A DNA stretch of 64,000 nucleotides from a virus, in IMG/VR virus record IMGVR_UViG_3300002092_001594, positions 32,001 to 96,000 of that record. One strand, written 5' to 3'. The notes below the pieces were generated by a model, which made no database searches, was not told where the DNA came from, and worked only from the letters and a program-made list of their open reading frames with translations. Shown here in pieces: positions 37,701-46,466 of the stretch (positions within the stretch are counted from its first letter, which is position 1; every line of letters begins with the position of its first letter). A program made the position numbers and the translations under genes.

Positions 37701-38949
37701 TACTCCTTAATCCTGTAATAGGGCTTAAAAATAAGCCGGTTCTTTTTTGATTAAGTTCGGTAATAAATGGACCGCCGGTCTTTCCTCCTGTTTGAGCTTT
37801 ATAGTAGTAATCGAGAACAGTATTAGTAATTTCATTAGCGGTATCTACATTATATGCAACAGGTAAGGCTTGATCTGCTAAAAAAGTATCTTGACCAGAA
37901 GTAGAAGTTGTTGAAATTCCTGTATCTGCGGTATAAATTTTAGTATAAATCTCTTGGGGATTAGTAGGAGTTGCAGGAAGAGGGTCTTTAAAGCTGGCTT
38001 TTTCTCTTTTTTGCGCTTCTGCATTATCTGCCTTCCTTTTATCTAATATCTCTTGCTCTGCTTTTAAAGTATCTTGCTGACTCTTATATGCCTGTAGTAT
38101 TGCAGTAGGCATTATATAAGATGAATTAATTCTTAGAGTATCCATTATTGCACCTAATCCTATAAGTCTAATTGTACAGTCGTACCCGCCTGTTTGGTTA
38201 AATGACCAATGAAAATTTGTAACTACCCCTAGCATACCGTCATAATTAGCACTTAGTTTATAAGATCTCTGTGCTATCAACTGCTGTATCTTTTCCTTTC
38301 TTAAATCGGACTGAAAAGGATCTATACCGTAGGTATTAGTAGTAAAGGTACCACCACCACCTTGCTGATTTACGTTAGTATAAAATTGATTGTGTCCCCA
38401 TTCAAGTAGCATTGAATATCCGAGTCTAAAATATAAAGCTTCAATTATGTTTAATTGATTCATATTCCAAACTTTAAACTGAATTGTAGCCTCTCTTAAA
38501 GAACCTAAAGTACCTTTTGTATCAATAGTAACAGAGGTTAAACCAGGCATTGGTCTATAACCTAATTCTTCTGTACCTCCTAAACCATATGCTCCATCTA
38601 GACCGATACCGTACCTTAAATCAATATTTGCACCGTTTGCTTTTGAAGTACCTGCTTCTAATGTCCAGTATTTTGCTAAATCATCTGCATTTGCATAATC
38701 TACTCCTAATTTTTTATAGTACTCTGATAGAGGGGTGGGAATTCCGTTATTGCTTTCGGCTTGAACTCTAACAGAGGAAGTTAATTTTACCCACGACATT
38801 TTATTGGCTAGGAATAAAATTTCTTCATCACTTCTAGTAGGTACATTACCAGCTCCAGTACTATTGTGGGCAGCTCTTAAATTTAACTGTGTCAGTACGT
38901 GTTCTGCAAAGGGAGCGCCAATTACATTAGAGAGCTTTTCACTAGCCAT
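34795..38949 (-). CDS. large baseplate hub/tail protein with C-terminal lysozyme-like domain
   Basis: RPMPGLTSV...GSLREATIQFK...LLEWG N-terminus; C-terminal EG...RTNNPGN...YAPPSD...NPNQY; position after LysM-like gene. Confidence 0.7.
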   Translation of the reverse strand: MASEKLSNVIGAPFAEHVLTQLNLRAAHNSTGAGNVPTRSDEEILFLANKMSWVKLTSSVRVQAESNNGIPTPLSEYYKKLGVDYANADDLAKYWTLEAGTSKANGANIDLRYGIGLDGAYGLGGTEELGYRPMPGLTSVTIDTKGTLGSLREATIQFKVWNMNQLNIIEALYFRLGYSMLLEWGHNQFYTNVNQQGGGGTFTTNTYGIDPFQSDLRKEKIQQLIAQRSYKLSANYDGMLGVVTNFHWSFNQTGGYDCTIRLIGLGAIMDTLRINSSYIMPTAILQAYKSQQDTLKAEQEILDKRKADNAEAQKREKASFKDPLPATPTNPQEIYTKIYTADTGISTTSTSGQDTFLADQALPVAYNVDTANEITNTVLDYYYKAQTGGKTGGPFITELNQKRTGLFLSPITGLRSTWTLIPADNYPEVVLSAGLLNLTAFRASQLDNSSLGYVNLQDNNLLGSNQFIKAFDYNLYRYPQTSLATAINSLGYGNGLSLGPDEYIYSQAGAFKDIPLTVTLLFPAPVKNPKTGNVILKPYTLTITYTPLPNPEKGKEADDLLIRPTRKEIIAALEDWFLNDRKVQITSIENTTNTANNVTVKGTFKITIPNKAISTLTIEFTNTALIESVLASPVPESTPQNAIQNADAGNNGGIDNNSTPTQTDPGYRFASALHAMLAAVKSQVEFTMTTDRNDVVNVSLIGLTRKFYLGTILETLFDTPEDRTTSEFNLIQYALKGFNSNLMVNAKNDPALFNSIKSVNFKDLSTAYGIRWTIQDDANQVNHPAYLKLGYVLSFLNAMCLIYDSRQDVDKHPYVYLDFNPYTNFCLTMPQHMSIDPFTCMIPYQGNQIDYLKLFPPDVAPNPDPNSDTLFNENLNEVSWYLPKFKASDNPYQGSTMEILLNIDFLISTLNARTTSSPDHTVDLKGFLDDIMTGINKATGNLNSFRVAYRDDSNTVIIKDDQFVPPIAGEDWTMDITAAPSNYGVPNGVNVPKYGQLPVFGKYSLVRDMRFETEMSTNLSKVIAISGQSNIGSVNSTDHSSFSWLNTNFFDTYKPTISDSSNTNSNSNNKTTDKEKETQEYQANLAATEFNQHVVSIYRGGVALSQKMVSAAANYYINGIAQVKSADRITIAAPFIPANINLTVDGIGGIIMGNAFTIPEDRLPLSLRGQGGADRNTKVGFVVVGLTHTLDNNQWLTKIRGQMIKLRDSTDYGTTKTLEKLQLTFPIITNTVIPADVIIPTGPSRANVVNAVKALNTTTGIKALMLAQIGVEGYYPDTLAYRTNNPGNVGNTGKAVKYFPTLADGVQAMLGVTNNAVQKRDYYKNVVTITDYINVYAPPSDPANNPNQYVSQILGYFKKIGLTQFTANSTINQIAAYNGAINFV

Positions 38950-39247
38950 TATTTGCTAAATTATATTCGTTTATAACTGTTTGTAAGTTAGTTGGAATTC
39001 TTAATTGAATCCCCACCGGTGCATAAATAGAGTCTCCTGAAAGGGAATTTGCTGAAGCAATAACCCACCAAAGGCTAGAATCTTGATAAAAATCGTAAGC
39101 TATTAGATCTAGTCTACTACCCACTGTTGTAATTATATAGTAATCATTGTTTACCGGGGGAATTTCAGGGTAAATGTTAGTCTGGTAGAATATACTACCT
39201 GTTACGTCTGCCTTTATTACCGGTATGTTTTGATATCTTGATGCCAT
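38942..39247 (-). CDS. LysM/tail-X-like baseplate protein (gp53-like)
   Basis: RLDLIAYDFYQDSSLWWVIASAN...GIQLRIP. Confidence 0.85.
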   Translation of the reverse strand: MASRYQNIPVIKADVTGSIFYQTNIYPEIPPVNNDYYIITTVGSRLDLIAYDFYQDSSLWWVIASANSLSGDSIYAPVGIQLRIPTNLQTVINEYNLANNG

Positions 39248-39265
39248 TGTGCTTTATTTTTAATT

Positions 39266-41272
39266 TTACCCAGTCGATGACCCTCTTCCACCTCTTCCAA
39301 GTCCATTTACCACGTTAGTATTATCTTGAATCATTGGCGGTACTGTAAAGAAGTCCTTATTAAGAGGAGAAGGAGTATTAGTTGCTTTTTTAGGAGTTGG
39401 ATACTTTTTAATCACTTTACTTGCTGGTTGTGGTGTTGGTTTTGATGCAGTAACTGCTGCTACTGCTGCAGGTGTGGTGGCTGCTACTGCAGGTTGCTGC
39501 TGTGCAAGTATACGTGCTTTATTAGTAGCATTTGGATTTGGATTATCAATTGCTGTATCAGAAAAATTACTACCGTTAGCAATAATAGGAACGTAAGGCT
39601 GTTCGTAAGTTTCTCTTCTCGGTAAAATATCCATAATAGGCTTGAACGAAGTAGTCACCGTAACAACGTGAGGTAGTTGAGCTACGTTTGTTTCGTTAGG
39701 ATTTAACATTATCTCCCAAGAAGTATTAGTATTATCAATTGTTATATTTACGTGCTCTAAGAATCCAGGCATTCTATAAATATAATCACCAATTGTCAAT
39801 TTAACAACACTTCCTCTCATTAAATTTGAAGTAGGAGAGTAGTCTGGATATACCTGAGATACTAAGTTATTAAGTTTTCTGTATAAAGGAAGAAGTTCTA
39901 CTCTACTTTGCGGAAATATTTTAAAAGAGAAGCTAATAGTTCTATCGTATCCTTGGTAAGTTCTAAAAGTTTCACCTCTACCTAAATACTTAAATGAACT
40001 AAACTCTGCCTGGTTTGTATCGCTTACTTGTCCGTCAAGGAAAGCTCTAAATATAAGAGCTACTGCATCACCCGGGTTATCATTTGACATACATTCAAAA
40101 GCAAACTTAATAATGTCTTTAGTATTGTGGTTGTCAGTTGCATTTGGACTGGCATTCCAAGGTGTGTTTGTACTTGCGTTAAAGTAAAATAAGTTTTTTT
40201 GGTTTAGTAAGTCAATTCCGTTTGGTTTTGAATCTGTATAATCGGTACTAAATAAAAAGCCACCTGGATTACCTATACCTAAACCTCCGACTCCGTTGTT
40301 AGGATTTGCAATATTGTAAACACTGTAATCTGACTTTACTTGATCCCCGGATAACTGAGATCTAAAGTCTTGAATTCTAGCAACAGTAGGTAATGCCGCA
40401 TTAACAGTATCCTGTGTTGCAAGTTGAGCATAAGTCATTCCTATACTTGAATAAGCAACACCTGTTACTAAGTTTGCAGTAGGTTGTGTTGACATTGCAA
40501 CTCCCTGCGAGTCAGTAGCTCTAAAAATTCTTGTAAATCCAATACCGTAATCAGAACCAGGACCTCCTGGGTAATTAAATAATTGACTTTGTATTGTTGA
40601 TATCCCTAAGCGATCAACTAAAGCCGGGTCAAGGCTAATTCCGTTAACTGGATTTGAATTCGTTGTAAAGTTAAGATTACTATTTAAATTAAGTTTTAAA
40701 GCTTTTAAAATAGTAAGTCTGTTAGTTAATTCTGTATTGTTATCAGGATTACCTACAATATACTGGTAAGTCTGTCTAACTGATTCATAGATGTTAGGAC
40801 TTACTCCTTGTCTATTAAAATGTGTTCCATTTCCTTGAACAGCTACTTGTGCTAATGTATTAGCAGGGTTATAGACCTGTGTTACAGGTATTACTGCATT
40901 CCCTATTCCTACACCTATAAATTGTAGTGAATTAGGTACCTGTGTTAGCGGATTAGTTAACTGTAATCCTTTTTGTTTATTAATAAAAGCATCTCCAAGT
41001 GGTGCACTCTTAAAAAACTTTTTAATACGTTCAGTATCTATCACTGCCGCCTGTGTAGTATAGGTTCCATTATCTAGAGAGCTTAACGCTCCCCCTCTTA
41101 TTGGGAAATCTAAGCTAGTTCTATTAAGTTCATAAAACCTCTTAGTCTCCGCAGGGGTATTAGCATTCTCAATAGGATTTTGGATAAATGGTTGACCGCT
41201 ATCACCACCTCCAGGTTGATCCATGCCAAATCTTAGATTAGTAAAATTAGTTTTAAAGTTTATAAGAGGCAT
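39266..41272 (-). CDS. baseplate / tail tube initiator-like protein
   Basis: FRAFL...KYLGRGE..Y..R.ISFSF...LTIGDY...PGFL tube-like domain; directly after the tape measure region. Confidence 0.7.
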   Translation of the reverse strand: MPLINFKTNFTNLRFGMDQPGGGDSGQPFIQNPIENANTPAETKRFYELNRTSLDFPIRGGALSSLDNGTYTTQAAVIDTERIKKFFKSAPLGDAFINKQKGLQLTNPLTQVPNSLQFIGVGIGNAVIPVTQVYNPANTLAQVAVQGNGTHFNRQGVSPNIYESVRQTYQYIVGNPDNNTELTNRLTILKALKLNLNSNLNFTTNSNPVNGISLDPALVDRLGISTIQSQLFNYPGGPGSDYGIGFTRIFRATDSQGVAMSTQPTANLVTGVAYSSIGMTYAQLATQDTVNAALPTVARIQDFRSQLSGDQVKSDYSVYNIANPNNGVGGLGIGNPGGFLFSTDYTDSKPNGIDLLNQKNLFYFNASTNTPWNASPNATDNHNTKDIIKFAFECMSNDNPGDAVALIFRAFLDGQVSDTNQAEFSSFKYLGRGETFRTYQGYDRTISFSFKIFPQSRVELLPLYRKLNNLVSQVYPDYSPTSNLMRGSVVKLTIGDYIYRMPGFLEHVNITIDNTNTSWEIMLNPNETNVAQLPHVVTVTTSFKPIMDILPRRETYEQPYVPIIANGSNFSDTAIDNPNPNATNKARILAQQQPAVAATTPAAVAAVTASKPTPQPASKVIKKYPTPKKATNTPSPLNKDFFTVPPMIQDNTNVVNGLGRGGRGSSTG

Positions 41273-41273
41273 T

Positions 41274-41504
41274 CTATGATTTATTAGCGGATTTTAAATA
41301 ATCAAGGTATGTAGGTTGCGGCTTTGAATTATAGGTAACATCTAAGGGAACTTGTGACACAGGAATTACAGAAGAAGCTAAAGGTACGGAAGAACCTCTT
41401 AAAACAGTTGCTACGTTTTGAGGAGTGCCTTCAAAAATACCTGTAGGATTAGTTCGTCCTTGTTTACTTAATTGTGATTTCTTTATTTGTCCTAGTAATG
41501 CCAT
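41274..41504 (-). CDS. small hypothetical protein of the tail operon
   Basis: 76-aa ORF between tape measure and baseplate genes. Confidence 0.65.
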   Translation of the reverse strand: MALLGQIKKSQLSKQGRTNPTGIFEGTPQNVATVLRGSSVPLASSVIPVSQVPLDVTYNSKPQPTYLDYLKSANKS

Positions 41505-41513
41505 AATAATTAT

Positions 41514-43760
41514 TTATTTTGTACTGTTTCCATATCCTGGTGTCTTTATTATTTCTTTTACAACAGGAGCTGTGATTTTTTCTGCCCCTACCTCTGTAGT
41601 GTGATGGAAGGTTAGTGCTATTGGTCTTTGCTCTGCATTTGCTGCTGCTGCTTGAGAATTTGCAGCTGTTACATTTGGGTTTATTGGCTCAGTCATACTT
41701 TCACCTTCACCTCCAGCAAAATTATACTTTCCTAATCCAGTTCCTCCCATTAATGCTGTTAAAGCTCCGTAAGTTGCAATACCTATACCTAAAGCTGCTG
41801 GACCTGCATAAGCAGACCCGGCTGTTACTGCTGCTGCAGCTTGTACTGCAGTTATAGAAGCGAGTATTTTCATTGCTTCGATAGCTACACCTAGTATTTG
41901 AGGTAGATGTTGAATTGCACTTGCAATACCTTTAAATATACTTTTTATTCCATTTGCTATTGATTTAACATTTTCGCTTTTAGAGAGAAATTTAGTTATA
42001 TCGTCTACTAATTGCGCTAATGGTCCAGCAACTATAGAACCTAGAGTATCTTGAAGTTTTTCTATTGCTGATTGAAACTTGTCTTGTATAGAGGCTTTTT
42101 TTAGATCTATTCGCTCTTGTTCAGTTAACTGCTCTGTAATTAATTTTTGACCTTCAACAGTTTTCATTAACTCTCCGTATCTATCTTCTAAAGACTGGCC
42201 CTGTTGTACGCCTAATCTATTAGACTGCTGTTGTTTTAATAGTATCTTTGAGTACTCTTCTACACTTAAACCTACTGCCGCTGCTTCTGCTTGTCTTGCG
42301 ATAACGTTTTCACCCATAAACTGCTGATAAGTAGCTCCTTGTCTGTTAAGCTCTTCCATTAAGTTCTTAGTATCACCTGCAAGTGCAAATTCTCTAGCCC
42401 TTGTTAAGTTAATGTCTCTACCTGTTAGTAACTGTGCTTCAAATTCTTTACTTATGCTTGATTCAAAGTCTAACAAAGTCTCGCCTTGTTTGTTGATAGT
42501 ATCTAAAGTAGTTCCTAATTTAGTTGCTCTAACAATAGCATCTCCTAATGCACCAACATCGCCTTTAAAATTAATTAGTACAGCAGCACTTGTTTTAGCA
42601 ATACCGTCAAGTATTTGCTTTTGCGATAACAGTAATCTATTTCGTGCACCTTCAATATTCCTACTCACATTTAAAGTACTCATCGTTTCTTCTAAGGTCT
42701 TTCCTGAAAGGGTAGATTGAAGTGTAAGTGCGGACATATCTTCTGCTGAAGCACCTAGTCTTTTTTGAATTAAAGTAGCTGTCTCTAAAAACTCTTTATT
42801 GGTAGGGGCCATAAAACCAAGGCTGTTAGAAATCTCGGCATAATTTTTAGCTAGTTGAGAGGAAGAAATACCTAAACTTTGAGAACTGTTTGCCATATCG
42901 ACAAACTGCTTCTGTAAAATAGATGCTTCATTTACTGTAACTCCTACATTTTTAGCTATATCAAAAGTGTTCTGGTCGAATTTTAAGCCAAACTGTATAG
43001 CGGTTTTAAATAAACTTATTATGCCTGAAATTGCAGAAGTTATTAATTTGAATGCACCTGCTGCAATTACTAAAGGATCTGTTAAACTTTCCTTTAGACT
43101 TGCTCCCATTTCCTTAATTCCGACTTGAAATACTTTCCACCTACTGTTATTTTCTGCAGCAGCTTTTTCCATCGCTTCGGTTGCTCTTTTTGCATCAAGT
43201 AACTGTCCAACAATCGGAATTTTTGTAAAACTTTGCATAATTTGACCTGTCCTACCTAAAGCTCTTTCATTTTCTTTTGCAGTTTTAAGTTGATTATTTA
43301 AGATATCTAGCTGTCTTTGTATATCTTCTGTAATTTGAGCTGTTAACTCTTCTCTTTTTAAATCTGATTCAACTCCCTGAGCTTCTAAAGAAGCAAGAGA
43401 ACTGTTAATACTTAACTGTGAGTTTTTTAATTTTTCAATTTGAGATTCAATCTTAGATTGAGATAGTAACTTTTTGCCTACGTTTTGTTGGATAGCTTCA
43501 CTTTCCCCTACTACTTTTCTTGCTGCTTCTAAGCCTTTTACTAAGTCTTTAGTTGTTGATTGAGCTATTTTTTTAGAGACTGTGTCCCAGTTATCAATTT
43601 GATCGTTAATATCATGACTTAAAATAAATGAGATAGACTTCAAAGTGTCTTTGATTTCTACAAAGGTATCTTTAAGCTTTTGAGTATTGTTGATATTCTC
43701 ACTACTTGCTCCTGCATTATCTGCAGGATCGGCCATATAAAATTTTTTAAGTAGTTCCAT
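41514..43760 (-). CDS. tail tape measure protein
   Basis: 748 aa, helical Ala/Gln/Lys-rich; LLDFESSI..E.EA.LLTGR.INL..AR motif; canonical position after tube and chaperone. Confidence 0.85.
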   Translation of the reverse strand: MELLKKFYMADPADNAGASSENINNTQKLKDTFVEIKDTLKSISFILSHDINDQIDNWDTVSKKIAQSTTKDLVKGLEAARKVVGESEAIQQNVGKKLLSQSKIESQIEKLKNSQLSINSSLASLEAQGVESDLKREELTAQITEDIQRQLDILNNQLKTAKENERALGRTGQIMQSFTKIPIVGQLLDAKRATEAMEKAAAENNSRWKVFQVGIKEMGASLKESLTDPLVIAAGAFKLITSAISGIISLFKTAIQFGLKFDQNTFDIAKNVGVTVNEASILQKQFVDMANSSQSLGISSSQLAKNYAEISNSLGFMAPTNKEFLETATLIQKRLGASAEDMSALTLQSTLSGKTLEETMSTLNVSRNIEGARNRLLLSQKQILDGIAKTSAAVLINFKGDVGALGDAIVRATKLGTTLDTINKQGETLLDFESSISKEFEAQLLTGRDINLTRAREFALAGDTKNLMEELNRQGATYQQFMGENVIARQAEAAAVGLSVEEYSKILLKQQQSNRLGVQQGQSLEDRYGELMKTVEGQKLITEQLTEQERIDLKKASIQDKFQSAIEKLQDTLGSIVAGPLAQLVDDITKFLSKSENVKSIANGIKSIFKGIASAIQHLPQILGVAIEAMKILASITAVQAAAAVTAGSAYAGPAALGIGIATYGALTALMGGTGLGKYNFAGGEGESMTEPINPNVTAANSQAAAANAEQRPIALTFHHTTEVGAEKITAPVVKEIIKTPGYGNSTK

Positions 43761-43790
43761 GTATATAAATAGTTCAAAAGAAAAAAGTGT

Positions 43791-44075
43791 CTATTTTCTA
43801 GACACTTTGCTCGTATAGGTTGGGGTTGAATCTGTTAGCTTAGGTATATTAGGTCTTGTAACTGGTGTATTTGCAGTAACCATCTTACCTTTACCTACTG
43901 CTTCATCATATTCTTCTCTTTCTTTCTTGTAAAATTCGTTTATTGAATTGAATGTATACCTTCTAAGCCAAATTGGCATATTATATACAGTTTCCCAGTC
44001 AAAACCTCCTTTTCCGTAAAATACTATTTCGTGAATTTGCTTGAAAACAGCAGCTCTATATTCAGGCGGTAGGAT
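43791..44075 (-). CDS. frameshifted C-terminal extension of the tail assembly chaperone (gpGT-like)
   Basis: Frame open from 44075 (ILPPEYRAAVFKQIHEIVFYGKGGFDWETVYNMPIWLRR...), starting just after a T7 run near the end of the upstream gene. Confidence 0.75.
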   Translation of the reverse strand: MLPPEYRAAVFKQIHEIVFYGKGGFDWETVYNMPIWLRRYTFNSINEFYKKEREEYDEAVGKGKMVTANTPVTRPNIPKLTDSTPTYTSKVSRK

Positions 44076-44817
44076 AAAAAAATGATACTCCTAATGGTAG
44101 ATCTACACCCTCCTGTGTGTAGCCGTCAGAACCGACAAAAGTAAAAGTTAAATCTAAATCTGGAGATACTGTTCTCATATACTCTCTTAATGCTTTAGCA
44201 TCTGAGGCTAGTAGGAAGTTATCAACAAAATCTCTAATATCTTTCTTTTCTCTACTGCCGTTTACAGCAATAACTGATTGTTTTAATCTTGTAGTAACTT
44301 CTGCAGATAAGTTAACTTTTTTAAGTCCTTTTAATTCATCCTCAATTTGTCTTTCGTCTTTATGAGTTAAAATTTTAAAAGTTATTTCATTTTTAGACTG
44401 CGGTAATGTAAAAGTAAATTCATTAGCATTATTAAAAAGGCTATAATCTACTTCTTTATTTTTAATTTCTGCAAGATCGACGGTAATTATTTCGTCTTCG
44501 CCCGTCACTGGATGTGCATACTTAATCTGATAGTCTTTACCGTACCCTAAAACACGTGCTGCAATTAAAACAGCATTCTTGTCCCCGATAGTTAAATCGT
44601 CGTAGTTAATTTTAGATACAATTAAAGAGCTTAGTAATTTATCAAATACTACTCCTTGACGTATGTAGTTTTGATTAGATAAAATATCTTCTTCTTTAGC
44701 TGTCATGTACTTCATTTCGATAGTACCTGACGATAGAGGGTTTTCTACTGGATATAGTAATCCTTTAGATGGTAGTTCAACGTTCTCTGTTGGGAGATTG
44801 AATTTTGTTTGTTCCAT
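44062..44817 (-). CDS. tail assembly chaperone (T4 gp26-like)
   Basis: VELPSKG..Y, KYMTAKEEDIL, ends GVSFFYPTA; lies between tube and tape measure. Confidence 0.82.
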   Translation of the reverse strand: MEQTKFNLPTENVELPSKGLLYPVENPLSSGTIEMKYMTAKEEDILSNQNYIRQGVVFDKLLSSLIVSKINYDDLTIGDKNAVLIAARVLGYGKDYQIKYAHPVTGEDEIITVDLAEIKNKEVDYSLFNNANEFTFTLPQSKNEITFKILTHKDERQIEDELKGLKKVNLSAEVTTRLKQSVIAVNGSREKKDIRDFVDNFLLASDAKALREYMRTVSPDLDLTFTFVGSDGYTQEGVDLPLGVSFFYPTA

Positions 44818-44855
44818 AATCTTAATTTAGTTATATATCAATAAATATCTAGAGT

Positions 44856-45506
44856 TTAACTTTTCTTGTAATAAATTTTAAAGCCTTTTTTCATTATACC
44901 TGGAAATTTTCTAAGTCTATCACTTAGCGAGCTAGGCGGCATGTTAATTACTTTAGCTAATTGTAATGCACTTCCTGCTTCTACACTTCTTCCGTCTTCG
45001 TATTCGCAAATAACTACTCCTTTACTTGCTTTAGCATCTAATCCAACTTTACCGGTTTGGTCTTTTATTCTAGCTTCGGCCAGTTTTTGCCTACCTTCTT
45101 TCGATATGTCTGATTTCATTCCTTTAAATACTCTTGACTTGTTGTTAGTATTTCCTAATTGAGCCTTTCCTATTTTTTCTTTATGCTCTTCTGTTTTTCT
45201 ACGAGTCCATAAATTCATTAATAAGATTCTAGCTTCTGCATACTCTTCTGCTGTTAGCTTTCTTTGTTTATCATAAGCTAGCCTGTGAAATGCCCATAGC
45301 ATTTTTTGGCCATACTTTAAATGGTGTTTAAAGACTTCAGCTAAAATCCTATGGCATTCATAGTGTTCTTGCGGGGTAAGCAGTACTGTGCTAGACTGTT
45401 TATCAAAACTTTTAGGTACAATATGATGTGCTTCGTAATAAACTTCGCCTTTTACTCTGCTTTCAGATAAGGCTTTTCGAATAATTTGAAAATACTCTTT
45501 TAACAT
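44856..45506 (-). mobile_element. free-standing HNH homing endonuclease with NUMOD-like DNA-binding tail
   Basis: YEAHHIVPKS...LTPQEHYECHRIL; TEEHKEKIG repeat-like motif. Confidence 0.88.
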
Positions 45507-45511
45507 AAAAA

Positions 45512-45540
45512 AACTCCTTTCTAATAAATAGTAAGGAGTC
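45512..45540 (-). terminator. hairpin with U-tail containing a TATTTAT promoter in its loop and AAGGAG in its 3' arm
   Basis: GACTCCTT-ACTATTTATTAGA-AAGGAGTT-TTTTT-ATG. Confidence 0.65.
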
Positions 45541-45569
45541 TTTAAAAAGTATAAATTTAGTACGCAGTA

Positions 45570-46055
45570 CTAGTAATTTAGTATTGCATAGTCAAGTCCG
45601 ATTGTTAACTCAATAGTAATTGCATCTTGGTTAGACCAATCATATGAACCGAAGTTTGATGTCTTAATGAATGCACCTTTAATGATCCACTCGCTAACCA
45701 CATCGCCTACTGGACCTAAGATTGATAAATTTAAATCTTTCTTATAGAAGTCAGAATAACCATCACGGCCAGTTACTGATTCATGTGATAAACGAATCCA
45801 CTCCATTACGGCTTGTTGGCCTGAAGGAGAGATTGGGTTGTATAAGTTTAAAGTCATATCTTGCCACTCAGCCTTACCTTTAATCTTACGGTAAACGTTG
45901 ATATGGTCGATTTTAACTTCGTTCAAGTTGATGTTTGGTGCAGTTGCACTTTTGATCATAAATGAAGGGATACCGTCAATATACATGATGAAACGGTTTT
46001 GAACGGTTGGTTCAAAGGCCGTAAACATTATTTCATTTGGATCTAATACTGGCAT
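45570..46055 (-). CDS. tail tube protein (T4 gp19-like)
   Basis: FEP...NRF, KGKAEWQD, GRDGYSDFYKKD, EWIIKGAF, LTIGLDY; downstream of sheath. Confidence 0.9.
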   Translation of the reverse strand: MPVLDPNEIMFTAFEPTVQNRFIMYIDGIPSFMIKSATAPNINLNEVKIDHINVYRKIKGKAEWQDMTLNLYNPISPSGQQAVMEWIRLSHESVTGRDGYSDFYKKDLNLSILGPVGDVVSEWIIKGAFIKTSNFGSYDWSNQDAITIELTIGLDYAILNY

Positions 46056-46098
46056 TTTATTCTATGTTTTATATAAATATCTACTAATGTAAAACTTA

Positions 46099-46446
46099 TT
46101 AATCTTGATCACCTAAGTGCTTACTTAAAGCAGCATGCAATTTATACATGTCTTGTTTTGATAAGCCCTTGATATCAGACATTACTTTATGTAAACCTTC
46201 TTTCTTTTCAGTTACTGCACCCTCTTCTGCTACTCTAGTCTCCATTTCACCCATTGTTGCCTCTTTATCAGTCTTTTGAACTTCAGGAGATGCAGCTTGA
46301 GCTTTAGATTGCTTAGGCATTTTAGGTTGCTTAACTGCTACAGTATATCCGTCATTTGCTTTTGCTTCTTTAATAATCTCTTTTGTAAGAGATTCAAACA
46401 ATTGCTTAGATAAATGTAATCTAACTTTCGTATTATTTTTCATCAA
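46099..46446 (-). CDS. hypothetical charged late protein
   Basis: 115-aa Lys/Glu-rich ORF between sheath and tube. Confidence 0.65.
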   Translation of the reverse strand: MMKNNTKVRLHLSKQLFESLTKEIIKEAKANDGYTVAVKQPKMPKQSKAQAASPEVQKTDKEATMGEMETRVAEEGAVTEKKEGLHKVMSDIKGLSKQDMYKLHAALSKHLGDQD

Positions 46447-46466
46447 GTTGTTTTTTTATGTTTCTA

